DNA of 63,982 nt, filler included, from Basidioascus undulatus (Eukaryota): assembly GCA_000826855.1 (NCBI GenBank). It is 4 parts of 4 records of this genome, joined end to end, with 100 filler letters (N's around TTAATTAATTAA, not from the genome) between each part and the next. Parts side by side here need not be neighbours in the genome. Positions count along the whole stretch, not along the records: positions 16,576 to 33,034 come from JTLS01000581.1; positions 33,135 to 49,583 come from JTLS01000582.1; 2 more parts are not named here. One strand, given 5' to 3'. How positions within the stretch are numbered: position 1 is the first letter of the stretch; each line of letters opens with the position of its first letter. The position numbers and the translations under genes were made by a program. The notes under the pieces are model-generated. The model made no database searches. It saw only the letters and a program-made list of their open reading frames with translations, and was not told where the DNA came from. Below, piece after piece: positions 25,269 to 38,757 of this stretch.

Positions 25269-28200
25269 TTAGCGGCTCGACTTCTTGCGCGTCAGCCCGC
25301 CGCCGGGCAGATTGGTCGCACGGAGATCCGCGAGCGGGGCGCGCTTGACGGGATGGTGCGCGGCGAGCTTAGAGGCGGCGAGGACCGGCGCAGGACGAGC
25401 GTGGAGCTGCGGACTAGGCGCCGCGCTGTCGCCTGCGTTGGAGGAGCATGCTGAAGCCGACGACGGGCTCGAGCTGTACGGCGGTGCTGGCTCTTCGATG
25501 CTCGCCAGCTCTGGCGGTGCCGAGAACTGCCTCGGCCTCCCCTCGTCCGCGTCGAGCCCCGCACCCTCGCCGTCGTCCTCCGCGCCCATGCTCTCGATCA
25601 TGGCGCGCGCGTCGCCCAGACTCGCCGGTCGTGCCGCGCCGGCAGTGTGGCGATTCCGCCGGTGGGCAGCAAGAAGCTCCTCGCGCGGGCCGGTAAGCTT
25701 CCACTCGTCCGACGTGTGGACGCGCTTGCGAGGCGTCTCGCCGGTCGGGACGTCTTCGCGGATGCGCTTGTGGAGGAGTATGTGTGTGGAGGAGCGGAGA
25801 TCGGACACTTGCGAGAGAGTGGCTTGGTGATGCTCAGCCGCTGCGACGGCATGCGCGGAGGACTGGAAAGGGGCGCTGCATGTGAGAAAAGGTCCTTCCG
25901 CCGCAGTCGTGTGAGAGCAAGGGGACGCACGAGGTTGATAGATTGGTTGGAATGAGACGTAATCGCGTCTTGAGTGCCAGCGTACTGCTGCTTGGCGTAG
26001 CGGGATGATTCCCGAGCCGACGAGACGATGTTGTCGAGGGACGCCCGCTGCTCCGTTTGCGAGTCATCGGCAGTTCGTTGAGCTGCAATGAGCCGAGAAG
26101 TCAGCGTCCATCGGAATAGTCAACAGTCAGATAAAGCGCACCGTCCTGGCAAGCATCATCGACTTGCGCTAACCGGGTGTCCATATCGGACATGAGAGCA
26201 TCGGTGGAGGTGGTCAAGTCCGTCTGGAAGTTGCGTAATTGTGCGCTAGCGTGGTCGGACACCTCCAAGAGCAGCTGCGTGCAGAATCGTCAACAACCGT
26301 TCACGCGATATCGCTGAGAGTCGTGGATTGTGCAGCTCACAGGCGAAGTGTCCCCCCACGTCCGGAGCGCCTCCTTCGAGTCGTGCAGCCGCTTGTCCAT
26401 CTCGCCACACGCCGCCTCGGCCGCGACCAGCTTCTCTTCATGTGCGCTCCGGAACGCCTCTGTGCGATTCAAGCCCTCGTCGTTGCGCTGGCGGACGAAG
26501 CCGACTGCCTCCGACAGGCTCCGATGCCGCGCGTCGTCGAAGTCGGTCAGGAGCGTGGTGATGTTTGAGACGAGGTCGGTCCGAAGCTTGGTAGACTTCG
26601 CGCGCTCAGCTTCAAGGAGCGAAGCGAGCTGGTCGTTTTGGGCGCGAAGGCGAACATTCTGTGAAAGAGAAGGATATGAGATCAGCCAGGACTGTCAAAC
26701 GGGAAGACAGCGCGGCATCGAGAAGGTGTGAACTTACCTCGGCCGCAGTAGCATCTTGTGTAAGCTGCCTAGTCGCGGCGAGAGCGACTCGCTCGAGCTG
26801 AAGCTGGCGCTGAGTCTCGACCGTCGCGTTGACGGCCGCGTTCGTTGATTGCTCGAGCGTGTCCCGGACCTGAACTCGCAAAGCTGTCAATCGCAGTATC
26901 TCGGACGAAAAACAAAGAGGTGCAACTCACCTCGCGAACGTGCCGATCAACGTGCTCTACGACCCGCTCCACCATACTCTCGGCCTCCCCACGAAGCGCG
27001 TCCATGCGCTCGCGCAGGCCGTCAGCGAGTTCCGCGCGAGCTCTTCGCACGAGGTCGACGAAGGCGCGAGCTTGATTCGCAGACGCGTCGTGCTGAGTAT
27101 GAAGCGCATTCGCGAGTTCGACAAGTTGCGCGAGCGAGGCATCGATGCTGGCGGAGCCGTAGGAAAGACTCTGCAGGGAGGGCGTGAGCAAACGGCTCTC
27201 GAAGCAGACCACAAACAAAGGGAAATAGCCGCACTTGAACTTGTGCATCAGCGAATTGCCGACACTCTTGCTGGAGAGTTTCGGCGAAGGTGTCTTGCGC
27301 GGACTGGAAGTCGTTCGCGCGGGTGGAGAGGACAGACGCGAGCTGGTCGAGGCCGACGCCGAATTCTGCGACGGCTAGACGGTTCGACGTCTCGACGTCG
27401 GCCTTCCGGTCTGGATTCGACACAGTCAGGGCGGTCCGGCTCCGTCATGATCAAATTGAAAGACGAACCGATCTTCGCAAAGAGGCCGTTATTGTCGTCC
27501 CGGAGGCCGGTCGCCTTCGCGTAGAACTTGCCCTCGCCCGTCGCATGAGCCTGGCTGACGATCTTCTCCTCCTCGAGCTCCCTTTCCCTCTGCTCGAGCT
27601 CGTCGTGAGTCTGGCGCAGCACGTCTTCGCAGCCCTTAAGCTGGTCGCACATGGCGCGGATCTCGCTCTCCTTGATCGTGAGGAGCTGCGAGGATTTTTC
27701 GAACTGCTCGCGGACGCCGCGGAGCTCGAGCTCGGCCAGGTCGGCGGTGCGCTTCATCTCGTCGAGCTGGACCTTGCGTTGATGCTGCTCCTGCGACAAG
27801 TCGGCCCATGACTCGGACGAGAGGTAGATGCCATTCTTCTCGCGCGTAGCCTGAGATAAGCGCCAACCGTAAGCAGATGCGACAGAAGGAGCTGATATCA
27901 TTGAGGGCGACACGCACTGAGAGGTCGGCTTTAAGACGTTCGATCTCGGCGTTGTACTCCTGGAGGAGCGCATGCTTGGTCATGCGCTGGTTGATGTGCG
28001 GCTTGTTCTCGATTGACTTTGCGCGGAGCGCGTAGTCGAGGGTCGAAAGCGTCTCCTCGAGGTTGGCCTTGACGGGCGAGATGGTCGCGATGATGCAAGT
28101 TTTGGTCGATCCGCCGAGCGAGTCTTGCAGAAGACGAGTGAGCTTGGAGTCGCTGATTGGGGGTGAACGGGAAATGTCAGTTGAAGCGGAAGAGGGCTCG

Positions 28201-29709
28201 AAGAAGAGCGAGTCCGGCGCACCGGTACGGGATGCGGTCCTTCTGGTCGCCCTTGGCCTTCTTCTCGGTCTTGTCGACCAGCGCGCTGATGACACGGCCG
28301 AGGCTGAGGAGACTCTTGTTGATCATGCCCGCCTCCCGCGCCCGCTCGTCCACCGCGCCCGAACGGCTGACGTTCTCGGACCCGGCGAGATCGACGAGGT
28401 TGAGCTTGCCGGTCTTGATCAGGTCCTCGCCCTTGGACGACGTCTCCTTGACGTGGACGGTGATGGAGAAGATCGAATGCGAGCGACTGAAGGAGGACAT
28501 AGGCGAGTTAGCATCACAGCACATTGAAGCAGGCGATGGGGAGGTTGGAGACGTACGACGAGTGGTCGTTCATCTTGGTGGCCGCCATCTGCCGACGGTC
28601 CGAGCCCTTCCTCAACAGGTCGATCGCCGCAGACGCGTCCCGAACGACCGCCTCCTCGAGACCCTGGATGGAGCAGCCCTTTCTGTTGTCGTAGATCCGG
28701 AGGCCCTCGGGACGGCCGCCAGACGCGGCGCCGTGGCCCATCGGCTGCGTCCAGGTGATAGGGGGCGTGTAGTCGGAAGAGAGAAGGTCGCGCAGCTCCT
28801 CGTTGTAGAGCTCGACGAATGAGACGCGGACGCTGAACTCGGTGCCCTCGGCCGCGAGCTTGCGGAAGATGGCCTCGAGGGCGCGAGGGATAATGCCGGC
28901 GTGGGTCGAGAGACCGCCGAGAGGTTGGCGCTCGAGGTCGCCGGCCATGGTGTACCTGTCCCAGCCAGATCCCTGTTCAGACCACCTCTCACCCATGAAT
29001 GAATCCACGTCACGCGACGCACGTTTTGCCCGTTCCCGTCTGTCCATACGCAAAGATGGTGCAGTTGTAGCCGCGCAGAGTCTCGTCGACGAACGAGTCG
29101 ACGACCTCGTCATAAACGAAGGACTGGTCGATCTCAGGCCCGAGGACGCGGTCGTACGCGTACGTTCTGCTGATGAGCTGAGGGGCGATGCCGAGGGTGA
29201 GGGCGGAAGAGGGACCGGCGGCGGAAGAGAGTGAGACGGGGCAGGTCTCGACGGAGAGTTCTTGTTTGACAGCCTTGCCGTCGGCGTCCCCTCCGTTGGC
29301 AGCGCCGATGGTGACTACGAGGGGCGATGCGCCTCGGATCTCCTGCTCTGAACGGCCGCTGAAAGCGAGCAGGGTTTGATGAGCCGGCGAACAGACATCG
29401 ATGAAAAGAGAAGCAGGCTCACCGACACCGGACGACAACCTGAATGTTCCCGCCAGCCCCATTCTCCCCCGTCCCCCTCGTCTCCTTGGTCGCCGCCGCT
29501 GGAGCTGGCCTGGTCCTCGCTCCTGCGGCAAGCCTCGAAGTGGTAGAGTCGCGGCCCTGCGCAGAGGATGCGGCTGTTTCGGACTGGCCGCCGCGGGGGA
29601 TGCGAGAAGAAGACGGGGGGTTTCGAGAGGAGGCGGAGAGGGGAGGACGAGAGGATGTGGATGAAGAGGAGGCCGCTGCCGCAGGAGCGCGGCGGGTCGG
29701 GGCGGCCAT
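25269..29709 (-). CDS. bimC: Kinesin-5 (BimC/Cin8/Eg5 family) mitotic motor
   Basis: [26 protein letters not shown] (P-loop), [62 protein letters not shown], coiled-coil stalk, BimC box PTGETPRKR and D-box-like [11 protein letters not shown] at the C-terminus. Confidence 0.95.
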
Positions 29710-30353
29710 GAGCGAGCGCGTCGGGAAGCCGGACTCGGGCGTCTGCGCGAATTAGACGGCGAGGTTTCGCTGAGGGTTCACGGCGGTGGCCTAGGCCGCG
29801 GCGTACTGGATGATTCGAGTAAAGGCGGAGGGGCGCGGGCAAGGGCGCGGTGGACGAGAGAGGGAGAACGCGAGAGAGAGCGAGCGTGAGATGACAGGGT
29901 GTTGATTGATAGACGCGGTCGCGACTTGGCAGAAATCAGCTGCACGTGACCATTCGCAGCGCTGTCGCTGCCTGTGTAGGTCTGCCTGTGTTGGTCTGTG
30001 TGCACGCAAACAACAGCTGGAAACTACCAATACTTGAAAATAGATAGAAATCTGGCTAATTGTTGTACATCAACTTGAGCGGTGATAGCGTCGTGGGAAG
30101 ACGATTTTTGTCCCCCAGTGCAATAGTGGCACTCCGGTGCAGCTTGGGTCATGCAAAACGTATCCTTTCCTCTAACCGCCTATGTCAATCATTACACGAA
30201 ACACACTTTAATGTGAAGAACGAAACATCTGATCGACGCGCAGTGATATTTGCGCCTCAACGGCATGCTATCCAAACAAATCATGCTCACTCGTGCCCGG
30301 GGTATCACATTGATTGCAGGTTATCAGTCCACCATTGTCTATTTTACTCCATA

Positions 30354-32036
30354 TTAGACTAGCGTCACGTCCGATTTCTCCACTTCCAGCACTTCCGCGA
30401 TCTCGTCACGGAGACTCTCCTCGACCGGCCGAGGTCTGTCACGCACGCAACCGTGAGGACCGGCTCGAACCCCAACACTCCGAAGACCGGACTCACTTGA
30501 AATCCAGCTCCCGCCTCGCCTTCTTCGTGCTGAGGGAAAAGACGCCCTGCAAGCGCGTGCCGGGTTTGCCCACAGGCATGCGGGCGCTCAGCTCGGGGAA
30601 GTAGCGGTGGAAGACGTCCGCCAACTGCCAAGTATTGAGCGACAAGCGTCAGGACTAAGGAGTTCGAGAGTTCGTAAACTTGATAAACTGTACGCACCAG
30701 CTGGTTGTCGTACAGCCCCCCAGCAACGATGAACCGGCCCTCCTTCCCGAGCTCCCATGCACGGACATGCGCCTCGGCAACGTCGCGCACGTCGACCACG
30801 TTCGGGTCGTTGACTACCGGAAGCTCGACTACGCTCGAGTCGAGGCTGAGAGCGGGGTAGATGATGCTCTGCGGATTGTCCATCAGCCTGATTGGAGGCA
30901 GCGAGCGACGTGATTGAGAAGCGCGCACCTTGGAAGACGTAGGGAGGGCAGCGACAGTGGACGGGCGGAGGAGAGAAGGGCCGATGATGACAGGCGGGGT
31001 GAAGGTGGTGAACTTGAAGTGCGGCTTCTTGTCCTGGATGAATTCCCAGGCAGCCAGCTCGGCGTATTTCTGTGGCCAGCCTTGGGAGTCAGTTCGCGGC
31101 TCAACGGTGAAGTATTCGCGCACGGACCTTCGATGCGAAATAGCTGTATTGGAAGAATCAACACAGGGTCTCAAGTAGTACATCCTGTTAAAAACTTACC
31201 TTAAGATCGCGTTGGTCGGCTGGAACCAATGAAGATCAGTTGGGCGGGCAAGGGTGGAGGAGCGGCAGTGTCAACGCACGTCCTTCTCGATATCCTCGAG
31301 CGTGACCCCATTGTAGTCCATCTCATCGTATACCTTCCCATCCTGGAACGGCCCACGGACGGGGTCGAACGTGACGAGCCCTCCCGAAGAAGACGTAGCG
31401 ATGACATGCTTGACGGAGGGCTGAGCGGCAGCGGCTCTCAGGATGGAGAGGTTGCCTTGGACGGCGGGTTCGACGTAGTCCTTAATGCCGTCTTTGTTTC
31501 AAAAAAAAAAAAAAACCCCGTAAGTATTCGGATTACAATTGTGTGAGTAGGGCAGGTAACGGACGCGTTCCGTCTGTGCAACTTCGGTGTCAGTTGCACG
31601 TACTTATGCGCGGAGCGAGCCAGACGCACTGAGGTGATAGGGTGAGGCATGGTGAATGATGGCGTCGACGTCTATAGAGCACGGTGAATCAGTTTATATC
31701 TTGATTTATCAGGTGAGATGAGGCGCACCAGCCACCGTTTCCACCCACCGCTCCTTCGAGTCTCCAAGCAGGTCGATGGTCCTGAACGACAGCTTCTTGT
31801 TGTCCACGAAAGGCTTGAACACCGGGTGCTCCACGACACGCTTAATCTGCTCCTCCGTCTGTGCAGTCCCGCGCACGATGTGCCCAGATTGAAGGAGCCG
31901 CAGCGTTGTATACTGCCCGAGGAAGCCTGGATCGCAATCGCACAACGCGTCAGTGAGTTGGCAGCCGAGTGACCAGCGAGCGACCATCGAGCGGACCGTT
32001 GGCGCCCGTGACGAGGAAACGCGATGCAGTCGACAT
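30354..32036 (-). CDS. NAD(P)-dependent epimerase/aldehyde reductase (Gre2/Ari1-like extended SDR)
   Basis: FLVTGANGFLG, HIVRGT, IIHHASP, VKHVIATSS, YFASKKYAELAAWEF (YxxxK), PPVIIGP, VVDVRDVAEAHV after removing canonical introns. Confidence 0.9.
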
Positions 32037-33034
32037 TATGAACGGATGTTCGGTAATGGTTAGTCGGAGAGGAAAGGGATGGGAATGCTGGGTGGCGCTG
32101 GAGGACCTGGTGCAGGCAATAAGACAAGGTTGACGCGTGGTGGAGGTTGTGCTGGCACAGTTCCGATCGGGCTGCAGTCACCGCCATCACGAGACGGCGA
32201 CAAGGCGTGCTATCTTTCAACCGATATCTCCTGAGCGATTTAGCCTCGTAGAAGCGCGGCGTGTAGGCGTGGCACGACTGTGGAAGACGAGTCCCGGAGC
32301 CCATCCCCGACCATCCTCGAAGGTGGCGCTGAGTGTTCAGGCATTCGAACAATCTGATCCTTTCAGAAGGTATATGCGCCAAATTACTCGAAAACAAATC
32401 CGACTTTGCTGTATCAAACATGTGCTCCGGCTCATGACTGTTTCACGCAAGGTTGAAGTTTCACTACTGGCATCGGCTTGAGGATGCACTACAGTTCGCT
32501 GTTGGGGCCAAGAGCCATCGCCCAATATTGGTGGAGGTGCCACTTTCAAACGACAGTGAATTTGCCTGAATGCGGATCAACAGAAGGCCGGGCCTCAAGG
32601 CACGCTCATGCACACTTCCATGAGTTGTGTGACAACCATTACCGACTCTCAGTCACCTTTCTAAACATTCAGCCAGACAGTTTCGTTGATCAATGACATA
32701 TGTACTGAAGCTATTACTAATTGCAAACCATGGTACCCTCAACCTGTCTACCACCAGACGAAGTACCCTTCTGCCGCGGCGTTGGCTGCGCGTCATTCAG
32801 GCCCACTGTTCCTCTCTTACCGCGGTCATCCTCGCTGTGGCCCTCATTCGCCTTTGATAGATTTTCTGAATTCTCAAGAGACTTCCTGATTGCTCACTAT
32901 TAGGCCGTAAACTGGTGCCCTTCAAAGCCAGGCACATTCTCTATGGGAGCACGTCCGAGACAGGTCAGCGACAACCTTAGCTTAGAACGTATCGCGGAGC
33001 AGGGTTCGAGAAGAACCCCCCCCCCCCCCCCCCC

Positions 33035-33134
33035 NNNNNNNNNNNNNNNNNNNNNNNNNNNNNNNNNNNNNNNNNNNNTTAATTAATTAANNNNNNNNNN
33101 NNNNNNNNNNNNNNNNNNNNNNNNNNNNNNNNNN
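33035..33134. other. Assembly gap with TTAATTAATTAA linker
   Basis: 100-nt N/linker block preceded by a poly-C run. Confidence 0.98.
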
Positions 33135-34188
33135 TGATTGGTGGCCTCGGAGTTACGGACCAGACGAGTTCGTGCGCGGGGCGATGGACATCTTCAGGTG
33201 GCATCCGCTTGCGAGCGTCAGCAAGGACGGGTACGACGCCCTCGCTGAGGCGCTCGCCCTCGTTGCGGACATCGTTGCGTTTCGGGGACCGCACATCAAC
33301 CACCTCAGGCCGCGGACGCTGGACATCGACGCTGTGCAGGGAAGCATGGCCGAGCGGGGGTGCGTTGCTTCTTTCTCTTCAAAAGTTTATTCGCGATTCC
33401 CTTGTTCATCCAACCCTACTGACGCTCTCCCTCCTCTCGGCCTGCATTGGTTCAGCATCTCCCCGAAAGAAACGATAGGCCCGCCCGTCCAGACCGTCCC
33501 CATCCTCCTACGCCAAACGTCCTTCCGCTCGCGCTCAGAACCCATCAACTTCCCCACTGCCTCCTCTTCCCCTCCCACCTCCTGCACCGCGCCGGTCACC
33601 GACAGCGTCCCCGGCTCGCACACCGCCCGCTTCGGGGAGATCGAGGCGCGCGGGTGCGCGCTCACGCGCAAGGGCAAGGCGCTGTAAGACCGTGCACAGG
33701 CCATGGGGGAGCTTTGAGGGGTTTCCGTATAACGTGCGGGTGATGTGGGAGGAAGGACTCGCATGGGTCCGGTACACCGTGCAGGAGGGCGCGAGCGAGA
33801 GACTGGAGAGACCGGCGGAAGGGAAGACGGTAGCGCGTGGAGGGCAGGTGGATCACGTTTGAGCTGGTTATTTATGAGGGCTTCCTGTGTCCGCTTTTCC
33901 CCCTTCCTCCCTCAATCTATCTCCAACGTGTTCAGTGCTCACGCCCTTTCGCCGTCTGCGACGCACCCGACAGACCCGTATCAGCAGCCTGGATTTTCCA
34001 CTCGAATATCTCTTCCTCCCCCTCGAACTAGAGCAACGCGACCCGCGCGCAGCCCAACAAATTTGCGTTTTGAGGAGGCGCTCGGGAGGGACGTGCTGGA
34101 TGAGATGGAGTTGTACGAGGCAGAGGAGCGGAGGTCGTTGAAGGCGTGCTTGGAGTTCTGGGGACTGAAGGGGGATGGCTGGGAATGA
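33135..34188 (+). pseudogene. DUF1338 / YdcJ-HglS (2-oxoadipate dioxygenase-decarboxylase) homologue, C-terminal half, disrupted
   Basis: Motifs DIFRWH, GPHINHLRPRTLDID, PILLRQTSF, HTARFGEIEARGCALT, GLAWVRY, IYEGFLPVSAA, FEEALGRDVLDEMELY; TAA at 33685-33687 where LYD is expected, plus at least two frameshifts. Confidence 0.8.
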
Positions 34189-35761
34189 ATGCAAGTTCCT
34201 TTGAGCAGTATCAGATGGATATCGCTTCATTCGAACTCTCGGCAACTCATCAGATTGTGGGTGCCGTATCGCCACGAAGTTAAGCAAGCCGACGGCTCTC
34301 AAGGTGGACAAACGTTGCACGGCGGCTCTCTGTTGCTCGCTTGAACTCACGTGTGTGTAAAGTCTTTTTCCAGCCAATGAAGGCCACCGCGTACCGACAA
34401 GGGATACGCTTCTGTTGAGTGTAAATGGCGTGCATACAAGTGCATCAAGCCACTCGCGAAACTACTCAAACAACACAAAAAACGCCTGCTCTCAACGCAC
34501 GGTCGCCGCCCGCGCTCTCTCCCTCCCCCTCAAAGCCAGCGCCAAACATCGCGCCAGACGCCGTATGCGTCGTCCCGTGCTCGTCGCCCACGGGGGCCTA
34601 GTGCATCGGTATCCACCCGATCTGACCGCCAATCCCGACGCTCACGCTCCATGCTCGCAGCTGCAGCGCTCCGGGGCGGATGAGCGGTGGTGGGACTTGA
34701 AGCATGCAAGGCTGGCCCGGTCATCCACATCGATCTGCCGCGGACCGCTGACGCGCCACTCATCGTTGGTCGAGAGCTCGCTGACGAAGCGCTTGACGAG
34801 CGCGGCTATCGCAGGGGACGGGATGGGAGGAATCCACCTGGGAAGAGCCGGCCGACATTGTGGGCAGGAGAGCTGTCGCTGCCACGAGCAGCGTGAACGT
34901 CAGTACCGCAGGGGCACACGTCCAAACGAGGAGAAACACACAGTCGGGGTGCTTCGGAACCTCTGGCGCAGGCATGAGGCGCAGGGCCACGTGTCTGTAT
35001 CATTTGGAGTCAGAAATTAGAACAGCTGCTTGGTGCGAAAAGACGAGAGGCTCACCCGCAAGGCGAGCACGCTACACGGCAAGCGAGGAGTTGCGAGCAG
35101 CTGCGAACGTGCGCACGGTAGTGTGAGCGCGCATTGTCCAGGCAGGAGAGGTTCAGATCAAAAACGCTTACAGAGGACACAACAATTCCGCTGTGGAGAC
35201 GCCCAGGCGGACAGTCGCGTTCGCAAAGGCGGACCGGGACGTCCTCGCGCAAATCTAGCGGCTCAAGAAGAAGCTGGAGGAAATGCCACAGCACAAATGC
35301 CGAGCTGGGCAGGCTCTGCGGATCATTGCTCTGTCCGTGTCGAGGTGAGCGTGCACTATTTTGGCTCTCTTCCATACCCTCCTCTCGTTTCATCGCCTAT
35401 CATCCTCATCGCTCACCCCGCGTCTTTCACCTGGACGCAGGATGACAGCCCGCCCTCCAAGGAGCAGGAGGCGGTGGCGAACAGGCAGGGGGACGCGGCG
35501 GATAAGTCGGGCATGGCCCAGCCCGCCACGAAAGCCAACGCCGGGACGGGCGCAGCTATCAAACCCCCTTTTACGCGCGCTCCCCAGCCGTGGCCATCAC
35601 AGAAGGTCAGCCACTCCACCGAATTGGCCCTCTTTCTGGCTCGGGCCCGATGTTAGATCCCCTTTTCTCTCGCAGCCTCTGCTTTCTTCGCTTCCATCTT
35701 CGCTGCGGAGGTGCGCTTCCGAAGCTGGACTCGCGTCTCTTATCGCATTGCTCTACTCACA

Positions 35762-36755
35762 TTATTTCGGCCGATTTTCAGAATTCAACAGGTCCAAGTA
35801 CTCGCGCCTCTTCATGGTCTGCTTGGTGATGCGCTCGAGGCGCTCCTCCGCCTCCGTCGCGACGCGCTTGCGCGCCGCCGTCCTCCTTCTCCCTCTGCTC
35901 GGCCTCCTCCCGCTTCCTCCTCTCCGCCGCCTTTTTCGCCCGCAGCTCAGCTTCCTTCCTCGCCTTCTCCCGCTCCGCCTTCGCCTCCTGCCGCCTCTCG
36001 GCTTCCTCCGTCGACCGCCTCAGCGCCTCCTCGGCCAGGCGCACCCGCTCAGCTTCCGCCGCTGCGCGTCGCTCAGCTTCCTCCTTCTCCCCGCGCTCAG
36101 CCTCTGCCTTAGCCTGCCGTTCCTCCTCCTCCTTCGCTCGCCGCGCGGCGTCTTCCTGCGCCTCCTTCTCCGTCGAAGCCTCCACAGCGCTGCTGAACAT
36201 CTCGTTCATCTTCGCTCTGTGCGCCTCAGCCGCCGCCAGCTGCTGGACAATGAAGGCACCAAAGTCGCTCGGCGTGCTGCCCGTCCACGAAGATTCGGTC
36301 GCGGCACCGTGCTCCTGCGAGTCGAGCGAGGGCTATTTCTCGGACTTGATGGTAAGGTCGACCGCCTCGGGCGTGAGCGCGCTGGAGAAGGTCGAGCTGT
36401 GTGGCAAATTCAGAGATTTAACGCTGTGTCTTGAGGGCAGAAGGATGGGGAAGCAGGCGCACTGATGAGAGGGTGCAAGTGACGGGGATGACCTCGTTCG
36501 CGATGCCGAAGACGCCGCACTGCTCGATGAGGATGCGCGAGAAGCCGGCGTCTTCCGAACGGCCTGCTTCAGCAACACCCTGCAAGGTCGAAAATTCATA
36601 CCTGTGTCGGATATGAGCCATTGCTGAACCCCGTCCTCAGCATCAGCGCAACTCCCTCAAGCTCGCACACCAGCCCCTGCAAGATTCGCACGCACCGTGA
36701 TGCCCTTCCTGAGCTTCGACAGCGGCTGGGAGCCCTTCAAGCAGAATGACACCAT
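35762..36755 (-). pseudogene. Orphan coiled-coil (E/R/K/A-rich) protein gene with lesions
   Basis: Spliced 5' exons lead to ...DLTIKSEK-TAG(36333-36335)-PSLDSQEH...MNEMFSS... charged helix; apparent frameshift near 35880 before ATEAEERLERITKQ...RPK*. Confidence 0.45.
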
Positions 36756-37268
36756 CTTCTTCTCCAGCGCCCCACCGGCCACGCCTGCACCGTCAAAAGC
36801 AAAACTGCACATCGCCCTATCCACCCTCACGCGCACGGGTCAGTGACCACGCCAGTACCCAACGGCAAGCAGAGGGCGCACCTCTGCAGCGGGGGACTTG
36901 GTGTCGGCGCTGGACCGGCCCAGAGGCGTGTGCGAGCGCGCTGAGGGTTTGGTGGATGGAGATTTGGGCATCGCCTGAAGGTGATGGTGGTGGGAAGACA
37001 AGAGCAGTGTCTTGAGGACAAGCGCGCCTGCAACGTGACTGGTTGTCTCGAAAGATGCGCAAATCCGCGGGTATCCGTGGGGTATCCGCGTTTCGTCCTC
37101 ACTGCACTATCTGCCGACACGGGTGTAGTTGAAAATTTCAGAAAATCAGAAAGAAAGTTTAGGAATTCACACTCGGCGGGCCCTGGATAAGAAAAGATCA
37201 AGGAAACAGGCGATTACCTGGCTGCCGGATTTCAGGATCGGAAGTATTGTGATCCGCCAAATTCATGT

Positions 37269-37361
37269 GACCAGATGGCCGAGTGGTTAAGGCGACAGAC
37301 TAGAATGCGTTCTAACATCTGTTGGGCTTTGCCCGCGTAGGTTCAAATCCTGCTCTGGTCG
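37269..37361 (+). tRNA. tRNA-Ser(AGA) with 11-nt intron
   Basis: Acceptor GACCAGA/TCTGGTC+G, D arm TGGCCGAGTGGTTAAGGC, anticodon arm ACAGA-CT-AGA-A-[37306-37316]-A-TCTGT, long variable arm GGGCTTTGCCC, T arm GTAGGTTCAAATCCTGC. Confidence 0.97.
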
Positions 37362-38757
37362 CATTATTTTGCCTCCCTGCCAGAGAGCCCCTTGCCATTG
37401 GACAGGGGCCCCATATTCGTTTTGTGCCCCTATGCCGCGGCCGTAGGCAGCCACCTTTAGACATCTTCATCGGCTATACAACGCAAAATGAGTTGCTTGT
37501 TGTACCAGCCCAGTCGAGGCTGCGGCATACAGCTTGTCGTCACTTACACGTCCGAGCCCGATTGATATGCGCAAGGGTAGTTCCACCTGAAGACCTCAAC
37601 TGACGACTGGCGGGGAGCTGGAAAGTTCTTCTGGCGCCATGCGTATCACGCATGCGTGGAATAGCATGCAGTCCAAGTGCGCGTGTAGACAACTTGGGAG
37701 TTATAGGTAGCGTTGCATGTACAATGTAAATGTCCAGGTACAACGAGTGAAATACTGTTGTTCAACATTTAATCAAAATTCCGAAAAAAAAGAACGTCTG
37801 CGATCTTGTTGAACAATTCACAGGGGGACAGGAAGTGCTCTTAGACCTCAGACCTCATACCTCAGGGTGGTCGGCTGAGGTCAGGCTCTGTTTCAGGGCC
37901 GCGTGCCCTCTCTTATTCCCCTCCGAGGTAATCAGAGAACCGAAAAGAAAAAATTGTGAAGGGTATCCTGCGGCCTTCAGGTACTGCACTGGCGGGGGAA
38001 CACAACACAACGCTGTCAGGCTACAAGTTGTCCGCTTCAAGCAGACAATATCCAACAATCGCCTTTCCCCGCTAGGATTCCTAATGTTAACGTCTCCGCC
38101 CCGGAGCAGTTGAGCCTCCCTGAAGTGGCCAACCAAAACTGTTGAGAAAGGCGCTGATCGGTTGGGAGCTTGCGTCCTGCCCCCGGCACGTCCCCAGTAG
38201 TTTGCGGTCCGCGTTGGAATGCTGACGGAGAGGCATTGGCAATGGTAACTTCGGCTCAATGGTAAGCCTCCGTGCTTGTGGATGGAAGTCTTCGGGTGCC
38301 GACGAAATTCCACCCTTCTTGTGAGCGTGGCCACAGCCTGAGAGGTCGCGCTGCGACGAATTCACGTACTCTGCCCACCGCCTTAGCTCAACTTTCTCCC
38401 TAAGCGCCCGCCTAGATACGACCATTCGGTATGATTTATTTATTGTAGGATCCTCACAGGAGTCCTTACAAGAAAATGAAAGTGGGCGGCAGGTGACCCC
38501 GTTTATTTCAATCAGAATTCAACGCGTTTCATGTTGACAGCGGCCCGTGCAAGCTGGTTTCGCTGGGCCGCTCCTCGGACGCTCGTCCTTCGAGCTTGCG
38601 GTCGTTGGCGTCGTTCTTGCGTTCCCGCGCTCGGGCCCACAATCTCCCTCTCCTCCTACTTCTGCTCACGCACTCCCATCATATCCAAGCGAAATCTTCA
38701 TCGAAAACGGCGACACCAGCTCACACACCGGGCCTCTGAGTCGAGCCGACACCAGCG

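Noticed and set aside
33684..33699. GTAAGA...CACAG 16-nt 'intron' that would remove the stop and fix the frame in the DUF1338 gene
   Set aside because: Far shorter than other introns here, no branch site, deletes the conserved LYD position, and downstream lesions remain.
34530..35530. Minus-strand stretch with several splice-like signals
   Set aside because: Could not assemble a stop-free model or recognise a domain.
37211..37260. ATTACCTGG resembling the U1 snRNA 5' end
   Set aside because: Lacks ATACTTACCTG, the U1 stem-loops and an Sm site; runs directly into the tRNA upstream region.
37060..38420. Short repeats around the tRNA (GGGTATCCG x2; CCTCAG/CTGAGG copies)
   Set aside because: Too short and irregular to support a transposon or array; no termini or coding remnant.
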